39,382 nt of DNA from NCBI GenBank assembly GCA_046345095.1, contig JBKDKG010000045.1, positions 1 through 39,382 on the forward strand, in the 5' to 3' direction. Shown here in pieces: positions 9,487 to 19,148 of this stretch. The notes under the pieces are model-generated. The model had not been told where the DNA came from and made no database searches. It was given only the letters and a program-made list of their open reading frames with translations. Source of the stretch: Flavobacteriia bacterium (GTDB lineage: Bacteria > Bacteroidota > Bacteroidia > Flavobacteriales_D > Crocinitomicaceae). The position numbers were made by a program, and so were the translations under genes. Positions within the stretch are counted from its first letter, which is position 1; every line of letters starts with the position of its first letter.

Positions 9487-10182
9487 ATGAAAATGAATGG
9501 AATAAAGTGCATATTGACCGATATAGAAGGAACAACGACTTCAGTGAGTTTTGTATATGACACATTATTCCCGTATTTCAGAGAAAACATAGCCGAATTA
9601 AAAAATTTAACTCAAAATCCTGATGTTCAAGCAGCCTTCCGTAAAACTGTTGAACTCAGCAAGCAATTAGAAGGAAAGACTTTGAGATCAGTCGATGAGA
9701 TTATCACAACGCTTGATCGTTGGAGCAGGGAAGATAAGAAGATAACTCCTTTGAAAACTGTTCAAGGGATTTTATGGAAAAAGGGTTATGAAAGTGGGGA
9801 GATTAAAGGTCACGTGTATGCTGATGTACCGTCCGAATTGAAAATTTGGAAGACAAAAGGCCTCAGTTTAGCGGTCTTTTCTTCTGGTTCCGTAACCGCT
9901 CAAAAGTTAATTTTTGGATACAGTGAAGCGGGTGATTTGACACCTTATTTCTCGCATTATTTTGACACCGAAACTGGAGGAAAAAGGGAGTGTGAAACCT
10001 ATGCAAAAATTGCTTCGGAACTTCTTTTTTCAGCCAATGAAATTCTTTTTCTTTCAGATATAAAAGAAGAACTTGAGGCAGCAAAAGCGGCTGGATTGCA
10101 GACTGTTCAGCTCGTTCGGCCTGGAACAGTTGCTTGCTGGGAAAAGACAATTAGTGATTTTTCTGAGTTGCAGATCAATTAA
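9487..10182 (+). CDS. mtnC: Enolase-phosphatase E1 (HAD superfamily; 2,3-diketo-5-methylthiopentyl-1-phosphate enolase-phosphatase)
   Basis: 231 aa with HAD motif I (ILTDIEGTTTSVSFV), SSGS and a late acidic motif. This is the typical MtnC N-terminus. The start could alternatively be the second Met at 9493. Confidence 0.85.
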   Translation: MKMNGIKCILTDIEGTTTSVSFVYDTLFPYFRENIAELKNLTQNPDVQAAFRKTVELSKQLEGKTLRSVDEIITTLDRWSREDKKITPLKTVQGILWKKGYESGEIKGHVYADVPSELKIWKTKGLSLAVFSSGSVTAQKLIFGYSEAGDLTPYFSHYFDTETGGKRECETYAKIASELLFSANEILFLSDIKEELEAAKAAGLQTVQLVRPGTVACWEKTISDFSELQIN

Positions 10183-10241
10183 AGATTGCCATACAATTGA
10201 TTTTTAAAAACGATAGATAAATTCGTAATCAAAAACATAAG

Positions 10242-11333
10242 ATGACTGGAAAAACATTTCGCACAATATGGACAACAGAAGATAGATTTGTTGAAGTGAT
10301 AGATCAACGCATGCTGCCACACCAATTTAGTGTCGTTAAACTTGAAACCTATGAGGATGCCGTCGAGGCGATTAAAGAGATGATTGTGCGTGGTGCTCCG
10401 CTTATTGGAGCTACGGCTGCGTATGGAATTTACCTAGCGGTACGGGAAATGATCGAAGAACAATTAAATGGAAGTTTTTTGGATGAAGCTTTTAGTGATT
10501 TACGTGCATCTCGACCAACAGCTGTAAATTTATTTTGGGCATTGGATAAAATGCGCGATGCTCTTGATAATTGTGAAGGTGATTTTATTGAAACAGCATG
10601 GAAAAAAGCCGCAGAAATTGTTGAGGAAGATGTTGAGACATGCAGAATGATTGGTGTGCATGGTTTGCCACTGATTGAGGAAATCGCTTTACGTAAAAAA
10701 GGAGAGACTGTGAATATATTGACACATTGCAATGCGGGGATGCTCGGATGTGTTGAATGGGGAACAATCACTTCTCCCATTTATCAAGCCATGCAAAAGG
10801 GAATAAACTTACATGTATGGGTGGATGAGACGCGACCAAGAAACCAAGGGTCTAACCTTACGGCATATGAATTGACACGGCACAATGTACCACATACCTT
10901 AATTGTTGATAATGCAGGTGGGCACCTTATGCAACATGGAATGGTTGATATGGTGATTGTTGGAACGGATCGTACAACGCGTCATGGAGATGTTGCAAAT
11001 AAAATTGGTACGTATTTAAAAGCCCTTGCGGCTCACGATAATAATATTCCATTTTATGTAGCCTTGCCATCTACAACTTTAGACATGAGTATTCGTGATG
11101 GCTTAAAAGAGATTCCCATTGAAGAGCGTAACCAAGACGAGGTGAGATTTATGCAGGGTAAAACCAAACGAGGAAAAATTGAACCAGTTTTAATTTGTCC
11201 TGAAACTACACCAGCAAGTAATTATGGTTTTGATGTTACTCCTGCACGTCTTGTTTCTAAAATCATTACAGAAAGAGGGGTTTGTGACGCAAGTGAAGAG
11301 GGTCTTCTTTCCTTATTTCCTGAATATAAATAA
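10242..11333 (+). CDS. mtnA: S-methyl-5-thioribose-1-phosphate isomerase
   Basis: 363 aa, eIF-2B alpha/beta/delta-like, with VRGAPLIGATAAYG, TRPTAVNL, THCNAG and VGTDR motifs. Confidence 0.9.
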   Translation: MTGKTFRTIWTTEDRFVEVIDQRMLPHQFSVVKLETYEDAVEAIKEMIVRGAPLIGATAAYGIYLAVREMIEEQLNGSFLDEAFSDLRASRPTAVNLFWALDKMRDALDNCEGDFIETAWKKAAEIVEEDVETCRMIGVHGLPLIEEIALRKKGETVNILTHCNAGMLGCVEWGTITSPIYQAMQKGINLHVWVDETRPRNQGSNLTAYELTRHNVPHTLIVDNAGGHLMQHGMVDMVIVGTDRTTRHGDVANKIGTYLKALAAHDNNIPFYVALPSTTLDMSIRDGLKEIPIEERNQDEVRFMQGKTKRGKIEPVLICPETTPASNYGFDVTPARLVSKIITERGVCDASEEGLLSLFPEYK

Positions 11334-11341
11334 AATCAAAC

Positions 11342-11366
11342 GAGGGCTGTAAAAGCCCTCTTTCTT
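11342..11366. terminator. Bidirectional rho-independent terminator between convergent mtnA and the SprB-repeat gene
   Basis: GAGGGCT (11342-11348) pairs with AGCCCTC (11354-11360) around the loop GTAAA. The stem has a T-rich flank on the plus strand (TTTCTTAT) and an A-rich flank upstream, which reads as U-rich on the minus strand. Confidence 0.8.
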
Positions 11367-11388
11367 ATGTATTACTGCATCGTTAGGT

Positions 11389-12057
11389 TTAGTTGTAAGC
11401 ATTTGTAAACGTTTTTTGTTGTTGTTCGATCACAAGGTGAATTGGATGTACTGTCATTTTTACATTACCGAATCCATTGAAAGGTGTTTCTGCTTGTTCA
11501 GTTTTCTCATTGTCCAATTGAACTTGAAGGTTTACATTAAAAGCCAATTTACATCCTCTTGCGTCTTCTACGGTTAATTTATAGATACCGTCTTCTAGTT
11601 TTTCTGGGTGCTCATAGTATGTTTTGTCATTTAAACGAAAGATGTACATAGAAGAAGCATTTTCTAAGTCCCAAGGTGATCCACCTTTAACAGCAATGTT
11701 AAGATCAGAATTAAAGTTTGCTGCACTTGTAGAAGTAGGAACATTGTATCCAACTGAGATAGGCGCAGGCATTGCAATCTGCACAGAATCTTTTACACTA
11801 TTTCCTTTTGAATCTTGAACTGTAACTAAGTATTTTCCTTTTTTTAGGTCTGTAATTTCTTGGCTGGTCAATCCATTATTCCAAGTAATTACATAGGGCG
11901 CGGTACCACCTGTGATAAATAATTCCGCTTTTCCATTAGCTTGCCCAAAACAAGTAATGTCAGTTTTAGTGATCTCTACTCTCAAATCTTCAGAAGCAAA
12001 TGTATTAATGCTGATGAAAAGAGCTAAAACTGTTTTGATAATTACTGACGTTTTCAT
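11389..12057 (-). CDS. Small secreted SprB-repeat protein
   Basis: The first ATG is at 12057; the track's start at 12093 is a TTG. It has a signal peptide (MKTSVIIKTVLALFISINTFA). One clear SprB repeat is present (DITCFGQANGKAELFITGGTAPYVITWNNG...GKYLVTVQDSKGN) followed by a degenerate second copy (GIYKLTVEDARGC). Confidence 0.7.
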   Translation of the reverse strand: MKTSVIIKTVLALFISINTFASEDLRVEITKTDITCFGQANGKAELFITGGTAPYVITWNNGLTSQEITDLKKGKYLVTVQDSKGNSVKDSVQIAMPAPISVGYNVPTSTSAANFNSDLNIAVKGGSPWDLENASSMYIFRLNDKTYYEHPEKLEDGIYKLTVEDARGCKLAFNVNLQVQLDNEKTEQAETPFNGFGNVKMTVHPIHLVIEQQQKTFTNAYN

Positions 12058-12324
12058 GACTATTTGTTTTTCGTTTATATTGCAAACAAACAACGATTCT
12101 GTCAGTTGAATTTCGGTTTCTTTTAATTAGCCATACATTTTACATGTATACTGATAGGTAGGTTTAGGGAAAATACGGAGGCACCATACGTAGTTATACG
12201 TAGAAAGGAATTTTTTGAATAAAAACAAGGGTTTTTGGGGTGTAGAAAAAGATGCACTAAAATGCACGAATGGTCTGAATATTTTTTCCTCCGAGTATAC
12301 GAGGGCTTAATTTCAATTTTCTGA

Positions 12325-13293
12325 TCAAGAAATGCGCACCATCAGAGAATCAGCTAACTGCACGAGATCTGATTTTTTATCTTTCTCAACACTAATTTCA
12401 GAAAGGGCTTGCATTGCACAGGTGTAATGTTTTTGCATTTCTTCTTCACAAGAAGTTCGCGCTCCAACGAGTGTGTATAAATCTCTCGTTCTGTCAACTT
12501 TATGCTTGAAATCTGTCGAATTGTATAGACTTTTCAACTCATTTTTTTGTTGGTCATTGGCTAAATCAAAACCTTTAATATTTAGCAAGGTTTTTTTATT
12601 TGCGATGACATCACCACCTACTTGTTTTCCAAATTTTTCAGGATCTGCGTAAAGATCAAGTATATCGTCTTGAATTTGAAATGCAATTCCAATGTGTTGA
12701 CCGAAATCGTATAGATGTTTTCTGTCATTTTCTGAGGCATTGGCAATGATTGCACCCAGTTCTAGGGCACATCCAAGGAGAACAGACGTTTTTAAACGAA
12801 TCATTTCAATGTACTCGGAAATAGAAACATCTTCTCTGGACTCAAAATCCATATCCATTTGTTGCCCTTCGCACACTTCAATTGCCGTTTTATTGAATAA
12901 CCGAATTAAATCAGGAAGGTGTTTTGGATCCTGTTTAGCGATGAGTTGATATGCTTTAACGAATAAAACATCTCCGGACAAAATTGCTATATTCTGATTC
13001 CATTTTTGATGAACTGTAGCTTTATTTCTTCGAAGCGGTGCTTCATCCATGATGTCATCATGAATAAGTGTGAAATTGTGAAACACCTCTACAGCAAGTG
13101 CTGCTGGAATGGCATTATTTACTTTTTCACCAAAAAGATCGGCACCAAGAAGGGATAAAATAGGTCTTATTCGCTTTCCCCCAAGCGTCAAAAAATAACG
13201 CAAAGGATCGTATAAGTTGGACGGTGAAGCCGGTAAGTCTATGAATGAAAGTTCATTCGATAACAATAGTGTTAGCTCCTCCAGTTTTTTCAT
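12325..13293 (-). CDS. Polyprenyl diphosphate synthase (trans-isoprenyl diphosphate synthase family)
   Basis: 322 aa with both aspartate-rich motifs: LIHDDIMDE (FARM) and FQIQDDILD (SARM). Product chain length cannot be read from the sequence. Confidence 0.88.
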   Translation of the reverse strand: MKKLEELTLLLSNELSFIDLPASPSNLYDPLRYFLTLGGKRIRPILSLLGADLFGEKVNNAIPAALAVEVFHNFTLIHDDIMDEAPLRRNKATVHQKWNQNIAILSGDVLFVKAYQLIAKQDPKHLPDLIRLFNKTAIEVCEGQQMDMDFESREDVSISEYIEMIRLKTSVLLGCALELGAIIANASENDRKHLYDFGQHIGIAFQIQDDILDLYADPEKFGKQVGGDVIANKKTLLNIKGFDLANDQQKNELKSLYNSTDFKHKVDRTRDLYTLVGARTSCEEEMQKHYTCAMQALSEISVEKDKKSDLVQLADSLMVRIS

Positions 13294-14156
13294 TAGTTTT
13301 TGATCAGATTCATTAGGTAAGTTCCATATCCACTTTTTACAAGCGGTTCTGCAATTTGTTTCAGTTGTTGAGCTGTGATAAACCCATTTCTGTAGGCCAC
13401 TTCTTCAATGCAACCAATTTTAAGTCCCTGCCTTTCCTCAATAACTTGTACGAATTGACCGGCTTGCATCAGTGAGGCAAATGTTCCAGTATCTAACCAT
13501 GCCGTACCACGATCCAACACTGCAACTTTCAATTCTCCTCTTTTGAGGTATTCAGCATTTACATCTGTGATTTCGTATTCTCCTCGTGCAGATGGCTCTA
13601 GATTCTTTGCGATTTCAACAACTGAATTATCGTAAAAATAGAGTCCAGGAACAGCAAAATTTGATTTTGGTTGTTTCGGTTTTTCTTCAATAGATATAGC
13701 ATTCATTTGTCCATCGAATTCCACCACACCATAACGTTCAGGGTCACTCACATGATAAGCATAAACAACACCGCCGTTCGGATCATTGTTTTCCTTCAAT
13801 AAGCTATCCATTCCAACGCCATAGAAAATGTTGTCACCTAAGATTAACGCAACTTTATCGTTTCCGATGAATTTTTCACCTATGACAAAAGCCTGAGCAA
13901 GTCCATTCGGAACCTCTTGTACAGCATAAGAAAAGCTGCAGCCGAGCGATTCTCCTGTACCAAGTAATTTTTCAAAATGAGGAAGATCGTGTGGCGTAGA
14001 AATTATTAGAATCTCTCTAATTCCTGCACTCATCAAAATGGAAAGCGGATAATAAATCATCGGCTTGTCATAGATTGGCATTAGCTGTTTAGACACCGCA
14101 AGTGTTAATGGATGCAATCTAGTGCCTGAACCACCTGCAAGAATAATTCCTTTCAT
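13293..14156 (-). CDS. rfbA: Glucose-1-phosphate thymidylyltransferase
   Basis: 287 aa with [18 protein letters not shown] and strong end-to-end RmlA character. The stop overlaps the polyprenyl synthase ATG by 1 nt. Confidence 0.93.
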   Translation of the reverse strand: MKGIILAGGSGTRLHPLTLAVSKQLMPIYDKPMIYYPLSILMSAGIREILIISTPHDLPHFEKLLGTGESLGCSFSYAVQEVPNGLAQAFVIGEKFIGNDKVALILGDNIFYGVGMDSLLKENNDPNGGVVYAYHVSDPERYGVVEFDGQMNAISIEEKPKQPKSNFAVPGLYFYDNSVVEIAKNLEPSARGEYEITDVNAEYLKRGELKVAVLDRGTAWLDTGTFASLMQAGQFVQVIEERQGLKIGCIEEVAYRNGFITAQQLKQIAEPLVKSGYGTYLMNLIKN

Positions 14157-14159
14157 GTA

Positions 14160-16799
14160 TCAGTCTTTTTGAGGAGTTTGTTCATCTGTTTGAACCTCCA
14201 GTTGGAACAAATCAAAGTCGAGTTCTTCGTCGTATAGTTCAAATAATGGTTCTTCAAATGATTTCGTAGTTATTCTTCGCTCTAATGATAGTAGGAGACA
14301 TGGTAACAAAACTAGGTTCGTAAATAGCGCAACGAAATAGGTGATTGCCGAAAGATAACCGAGTGCCTGCGTCCCGCCAAAATCTGAAAAAATAAAGACT
14401 ATAAATCCGAAGAACAAGATAACGGAAGTGTAAATAATACTCAATCCTGTTTCTTGTATTGAAATAGCGACACAATCCTTCAAATCCCATCGTTTCAATT
14501 TCAGTTCTTGCCTGTATCTTGCAAGGAAGTGGATGGTGTTATCAACTGTGATTCCTAGCGCTATAGAGAAAATCAACAATGTTGAAGGTTTCAAGGGAAT
14601 ATTGAACCATCCCATAATTCCTGCTGTAACAACCATTGGAATAAGATTCGGAATCATGGAAACAATCACCATTCGAATTGAGGAGAATAACAAGCTCATT
14701 AAAGCAGCAATTGAAATCACCGCAAAAATGATACTCGACAATAAGTTGGTTACTAAATACTGCGTCCCTTCCGATGCTACAACTGATGTTCCTGTCAACA
14801 CTACATCGTAGTATTCATTGTTGATAGCGCTTCTAAGTTGCTGGTTGAATTGTGGTTTCGAATAATATTTTTTGATTAATTCTGAATCTGTATCAAACTT
14901 GTATTGCAAGTCCTCGTTTTTATTCGATATTACAGATGTAAGGGAGTTGTAAATATTAGGATAGTTATATATTAATGAATCAACATACTCTTTTTTACCG
15001 GCATCTACTTTTTTGTACAAACGCTCAATATCTTTTCGATCCGGATTCATGATGCTATCAATGCGATGTTTTACTTTCTGAACTTGATCAGACACCTCGT
15101 ATGAACCTACATCTCGCATTTGAGTTCTGATTCTTAAAATAAAATTGGAAGTGTCTACAAGGTCCTTAATTGAGAATGACGAGTTATTGTTAGTCATGCT
15201 AAAATTGTCGAGGTATTTTGCGAGTCGTAATTTATCACGTTTAGCAATTATTGTATAGCGAGCAGGATTGTTATCATAATAGGCCATGTTCACCACCTTG
15301 ATGAAATCCACAATGGAAATAGTTTTAGAGAACATGGTATCCTGCGCCATCATGGTTTGGGCTTCTTCCAGTTTGTTTAAAGTATTTTTTCCAAAAAGGC
15401 GCCCTTTTTCTTTGTAGTCAATCATCACCTCAAACGGGATGGCTCCACCGAAATTCTTTTCCATGAAATGAATATCCTTCAGAATGGGGTCTTTCTTCGG
15501 AAGGTCGCCTGTAATGTTACCGGTTACAGTCATTTTAAACATTCCTATGGCACTGATGATGGTGATGATAATTGTAATAATATATACCCATGTTCTTTTA
15601 AACGCTGTAATATATACGAGTTTGTTCATGAATCCTACTGCCATTTTACGGTCGAGGTGCTTCAAATGTCTTTCCGGGGTATTTCGAACAAATGATGCAA
15701 GAATTGGAACAAGACACAACGATACCGCATAACACAACATAATGTTGATAGTTGAAATCATTCCGAATTCGTAGAATTTCTCGGAGTTAGTAAACAAGAA
15801 TGTCACAAATCCCAGGGCTGTTGTAACATTCGTGAGGAACATTGCGATTCCAGTCTTACTTACTACACGGTTCAACGCTTTCATTTTGTTGCCGTGCTGA
15901 GCAAGTTCCTGGTGGTATTTATTGTAAAGATAGATACAGTTTGGAATGCCAATTACAATCATTAATGGTGGAATCAATGCCATCATGATGGAGACATTAT
16001 AACCCATAATAGCAATTGAACCCATGGCTTGGATTACAGAAACGCCAACGACAGTCATACAAATAAGAACTGCTCTGACCGATCGGAAAAAGAAATACAT
16101 TAACAAAGAGCTTACCAACATGGAGATAGCTACAAAAGTGTACATTTCCGAATTGATTCTTTTTGCCAAAATAACCCTTAAGTAAGGCAGACCTGCGTAA
16201 TGCACTTCACCCATATCCTTACAAAAATGATTTGCAAGTTTTTGGATATCGAAGATGACACCAGATTTTTTCAAATCATTTAAATAACGCTCATCCATAG
16301 CAACCATCATCAATGTGACATGCGTGGAGTCATTGTATAAAACTTTATTATAAAGTGGGTTGCGTTTTATTTCATTCTTTATTTGATTAATTGGCTTTTC
16401 TTGATAAGTGATATCGGAGAAGATGCGCTCAATTTCAAATTTGTTTTCAGTTTTATTGTTTTTGATATTAAACAGTGTCGCTTCGGAAATAACAGATTCA
16501 ACGCCATCCAATTGAAGAATAGAGTCGCCGAGTGTTTTCCATTTCAATAAATTCTCTTTGGTAAAAAGTGAATCAGTTTGCAGCGCTATTACGAAGGTGC
16601 TACCATCTTCTCCAAATCTTTCTTTAAAGAGATTGTAGTTTTGAGTTGTGGGAGAATCTTTCGGCAAAACGATACCGTATTTGTTCTCCATGCGAAGCCC
16701 CGTCACCGCATAATAGCCCATGTAGACCGTAATCAATGTAATGAGTCCCAATACAAAAAAACGGTTCTTCAGGATGAAATTTGCAATTCTATTCCACAT
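14160..16799 (-). CDS. RND-superfamily MMPL/HpnN-like transporter (12 TM, two large loops)
   Basis: 879 aa with two blocks of about 6 TM helices, each preceded by a large soluble loop. Its stop lies 3 nt upstream of the rfbA ATG. No membrane-fusion or outer-membrane partner gene is adjacent. Confidence 0.8.
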   Translation of the reverse strand: MWNRIANFILKNRFFVLGLITLITVYMGYYAVTGLRMENKYGIVLPKDSPTTQNYNLFKERFGEDGSTFVIALQTDSLFTKENLLKWKTLGDSILQLDGVESVISEATLFNIKNNKTENKFEIERIFSDITYQEKPINQIKNEIKRNPLYNKVLYNDSTHVTLMMVAMDERYLNDLKKSGVIFDIQKLANHFCKDMGEVHYAGLPYLRVILAKRINSEMYTFVAISMLVSSLLMYFFFRSVRAVLICMTVVGVSVIQAMGSIAIMGYNVSIMMALIPPLMIVIGIPNCIYLYNKYHQELAQHGNKMKALNRVVSKTGIAMFLTNVTTALGFVTFLFTNSEKFYEFGMISTINIMLCYAVSLCLVPILASFVRNTPERHLKHLDRKMAVGFMNKLVYITAFKRTWVYIITIIITIISAIGMFKMTVTGNITGDLPKKDPILKDIHFMEKNFGGAIPFEVMIDYKEKGRLFGKNTLNKLEEAQTMMAQDTMFSKTISIVDFIKVVNMAYYDNNPARYTIIAKRDKLRLAKYLDNFSMTNNNSSFSIKDLVDTSNFILRIRTQMRDVGSYEVSDQVQKVKHRIDSIMNPDRKDIERLYKKVDAGKKEYVDSLIYNYPNIYNSLTSVISNKNEDLQYKFDTDSELIKKYYSKPQFNQQLRSAINNEYYDVVLTGTSVVASEGTQYLVTNLLSSIIFAVISIAALMSLLFSSIRMVIVSMIPNLIPMVVTAGIMGWFNIPLKPSTLLIFSIALGITVDNTIHFLARYRQELKLKRWDLKDCVAISIQETGLSIIYTSVILFFGFIVFIFSDFGGTQALGYLSAITYFVALFTNLVLLPCLLLSLERRITTKSFEEPLFELYDEELDFDLFQLEVQTDEQTPQKD

Positions 16800-16829
16800 G
16801 CGGTTAGTGTTCTTCTAAAAAAATGAGGT

Positions 16830-16837
16830 CAAAAGTA
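16830..16837 (-). promoter_or_regulatory. -7 promoter box TACTTTTG (minus strand) for the MMPL-rfbA-polyprenyl synthase operon
   Basis: The plus strand reads CAAAAGTA, an exact TAnnTTTG on the minus strand. It lies 30 nt upstream of the MMPL ATG (16799). Confidence 0.45.
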
Positions 16838-16862
16838 ATGATTTAAAGCCAAAACTCAAATT

Positions 16863-18896
16863 TTACGGTTTGAGGTCAGTTGCCAACCACTCAAAAAATT
16901 CCCTTTGCCATACAATGCTATTTTGTGGACTTTGAACCCAATGTCCTTCCGTTGGAAAATACAAATATTTACTTCTTATTCCTTTTAGTTGAGCAGCTTG
17001 AAAAGCCTGCATTCCTTCGCTTTCAGGAACGCGAAAGTCCATACCGCCATGAATAACTAGTATAGGTGTATTCCATTTTGCAACATAGTTGTGAGGACTG
17101 TTTTTGTTATAATTATCCTTATTGATATCAAGCCAGTAAGGTCCACCTTGATCCCAATTGGCAAAAAATAACTCCTCTGTTGTGCCGTACCAACTTTCTA
17201 AATTGAACAATCCGCAATGTGCTATAAATGTTTTGAAGCGATTCTCGTGTATTCCAGCCAACATATATACCGAGTAACCGCCATAGGATGCGCCAACTGC
17301 CCCCAATCTCGTTTCATCAACGTATGGTTCTTGCGCCGCATTGTCGATTGCAGTTAAATAATCTGTCATTGCTTGACCTCCCCAATCTTTCGAGATGGCA
17401 TCGTTCCATTCTTGACCAAAACCAGGTAATCCGCGGCGATTGGGTGCGACAACAATATAACCTTTGGAAGCCATCAATGCTAAATTCCATCGATATGAAA
17501 AGAACTGGCTGACCTGACTTTGCGGTCCTCCTTGGCAATAAAGCAATGCGGGGTATTTTTTAGCTGGATCAAAGTCGGGTGGATAGACCATCCAAACGAG
17601 CATTTTTTTTCCGTCTGTTGTTTCAACCCAACGCTCTTCTGCTTTTGGCATTTTGAGATTTTTGAGCAACTCAGTATTGGCATTTGTCAATTGCGTTAAT
17701 TTATTCTTTTTAATATGAAAAGAAAAAAGTTCCGTCGGTTCAACCATCGATTGGCGCCCTGCATAAATTGTTTCACCAAAAACTGATAGACTTACAAAAT
17801 CAAATTGTCCGCTTGTTAATTGACGTGTTTTTCCTGAAATGACATTTAGTTCAAATACTTGTTCAGTGCCATTTTTAGGTGCAATGAAATAGATGATATC
17901 ACCATTTGGATGCCAGCAAAAACTTCCGACTGTTATGTCAAGCTCTTTTGTCAGATCAATGATCTTGCCATCTGTTGCCATTATTTTCAAGTGATTCTTA
18001 TCTGACTCAAAACCATCACGCGGCATGCTTTGCCAAGCCAATGTTCCTTTTGATGAGAAAGAGGGATTCATATCATATCCCTTGTTTCCCAAAGTCAAAT
18101 TCTTTGTGGCTCCAGACTGAATATCATATTCGTATAATTCGCTATTGGTGCTTAAAGCAAAATCTTTGCCCTGCAGTTTTTTGGAAGTATAAACGATTTT
18201 TTTGCTGTCATTGCTGTAACAAAATTGCTCGGAACCTCCCATTGGAGGAAGAATTCCATCGTAAGGTTCGCCCTTCAAAAGATCGGTCCCCGACAAAGCA
18301 ATTGCCTCTCCTTCTGAAGCTGAAACAATTTTGTGGAGGAATAAATGTCGTCGCCTGTAATCATCGAAATGATCCCAATGACGATACATTAAATTGTCTT
18401 CTGTACGCGCATTTGCTTTCGTTAAATCGGGATATTTGTCTGCAATTGTTTGTTTTGCTTTTATGGCTTCGATAGCAATAATGGATTTTTCATCAGGGGC
18501 TACCTTAAATCCTTCAATTTCAATATCTTTAAAGTGTGAACATTGCTTTTTTTCTTTACCATCTGCATTCATTTTCCAGATTTGTAACCCTTCATTTTCA
18601 GTTGACATGAACCAGATAGTGTTATTGATTCCCCACTGTGCTTCCATTTCAGTGAATGGGGTAGCTGTAATCTGTTGTGTTTTATTTCTTTTTAGGTCAA
18701 TAACGAATAAATCTGTATTCCCTTTGTTTGCTTCGATGTCATAACTGCGTTGACTGTAAAGCAAGAATTGACCATCAGGTGAGACTGTCCCCCCCGAAAT
18801 TCTATTCATTTTCCAAAGTAATTCAGGAGTAAGTAATTCCTGAGAAGAACAAAATTGAGTAAGCAGGACAAATCCCGCAACTATTAAATCTTTCAT
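16863..18896 (-). CDS. S9 family serine peptidase (prolyl oligopeptidase / dipeptidyl-peptidase type, beta-propeller plus alpha/beta hydrolase)
   Basis: 677 aa with a signal peptide, the nucleophile elbow GASYGGY, a late IHGGMDFRV Asp and a TEGHW His. Confidence 0.88.
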   Translation of the reverse strand: MKDLIVAGFVLLTQFCSSQELLTPELLWKMNRISGGTVSPDGQFLLYSQRSYDIEANKGNTDLFVIDLKRNKTQQITATPFTEMEAQWGINNTIWFMSTENEGLQIWKMNADGKEKKQCSHFKDIEIEGFKVAPDEKSIIAIEAIKAKQTIADKYPDLTKANARTEDNLMYRHWDHFDDYRRRHLFLHKIVSASEGEAIALSGTDLLKGEPYDGILPPMGGSEQFCYSNDSKKIVYTSKKLQGKDFALSTNSELYEYDIQSGATKNLTLGNKGYDMNPSFSSKGTLAWQSMPRDGFESDKNHLKIMATDGKIIDLTKELDITVGSFCWHPNGDIIYFIAPKNGTEQVFELNVISGKTRQLTSGQFDFVSLSVFGETIYAGRQSMVEPTELFSFHIKKNKLTQLTNANTELLKNLKMPKAEERWVETTDGKKMLVWMVYPPDFDPAKKYPALLYCQGGPQSQVSQFFSYRWNLALMASKGYIVVAPNRRGLPGFGQEWNDAISKDWGGQAMTDYLTAIDNAAQEPYVDETRLGAVGASYGGYSVYMLAGIHENRFKTFIAHCGLFNLESWYGTTEELFFANWDQGGPYWLDINKDNYNKNSPHNYVAKWNTPILVIHGGMDFRVPESEGMQAFQAAQLKGIRSKYLYFPTEGHWVQSPQNSIVWQREFFEWLATDLKP

Positions 18897-18920
18897 AATG
18901 AAGAAGTGAGTGATTTGAAA

Positions 18921-19148
18921 TTAGTGCATTTGGTTTTCAATCTGCTCGTTGAATCCACGCCGGACATAAAGAACAGAAGAACGAATGAGGGTATAAAGCA
19001 ATATCCCAGATAGGTGGAAGAGAAGTATTTCTCCTTTTGAAATACTATAATTTAGCATTAATACCGTCACATTTACGATAATTAGCAATGCAATGATTAT
19101 CCTTTGAAATATTTTAATCCCTTTCATAATGCAGTTAAAAAACAACAT
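18921..19148 (-). CDS. Hypothetical small two-helix membrane protein
   Basis: 75 aa ORF with an ATG start and two hydrophobic segments (IIIALLIIVNVTVLML, ILLFHLSGILLYTLI). It ends 24 nt upstream of the S9 peptidase start. I recognise no family, so coding status is unproven. Confidence 0.3.
   Translation of the reverse strand: MLFFNCIMKGIKIFQRIIIALLIIVNVTVLMLNYSISKGEILLFHLSGILLYTLIRSSVLYVRRGFNEQIENQMH

Noticed and set aside
12058-12324. tRNA, SRP RNA, 6S RNA or another known ncRNA in the larger intergenic regions (12058-12324, 18897-19229, 24377-24542, 26102-26486).
   Set aside because: I found no T-loop GGTTCGAATCC-type sequence, no SRP GGAA tetraloop domain motif, and no other signature I recognise. 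These regions are explained by promoters, a terminator hairpin and repeats. A covariance-model scan would be the decisive test.
17975-18475. Long antisense ORFs inside well-supported genes. Examples are 17975-18475, 25057-25521, 5997-6341, 10430-10780, 20661-20978, 23902-24294, 27873-28274, 28930-29343, 30618-31019 and 34542-34946.
   Set aside because: They are shadow ORFs opposite genes with strong family motifs. Their translations are Cys/Ser/Phe-rich or low-complexity with no recognisable domains, and none has its own promoter box or intergenic space.
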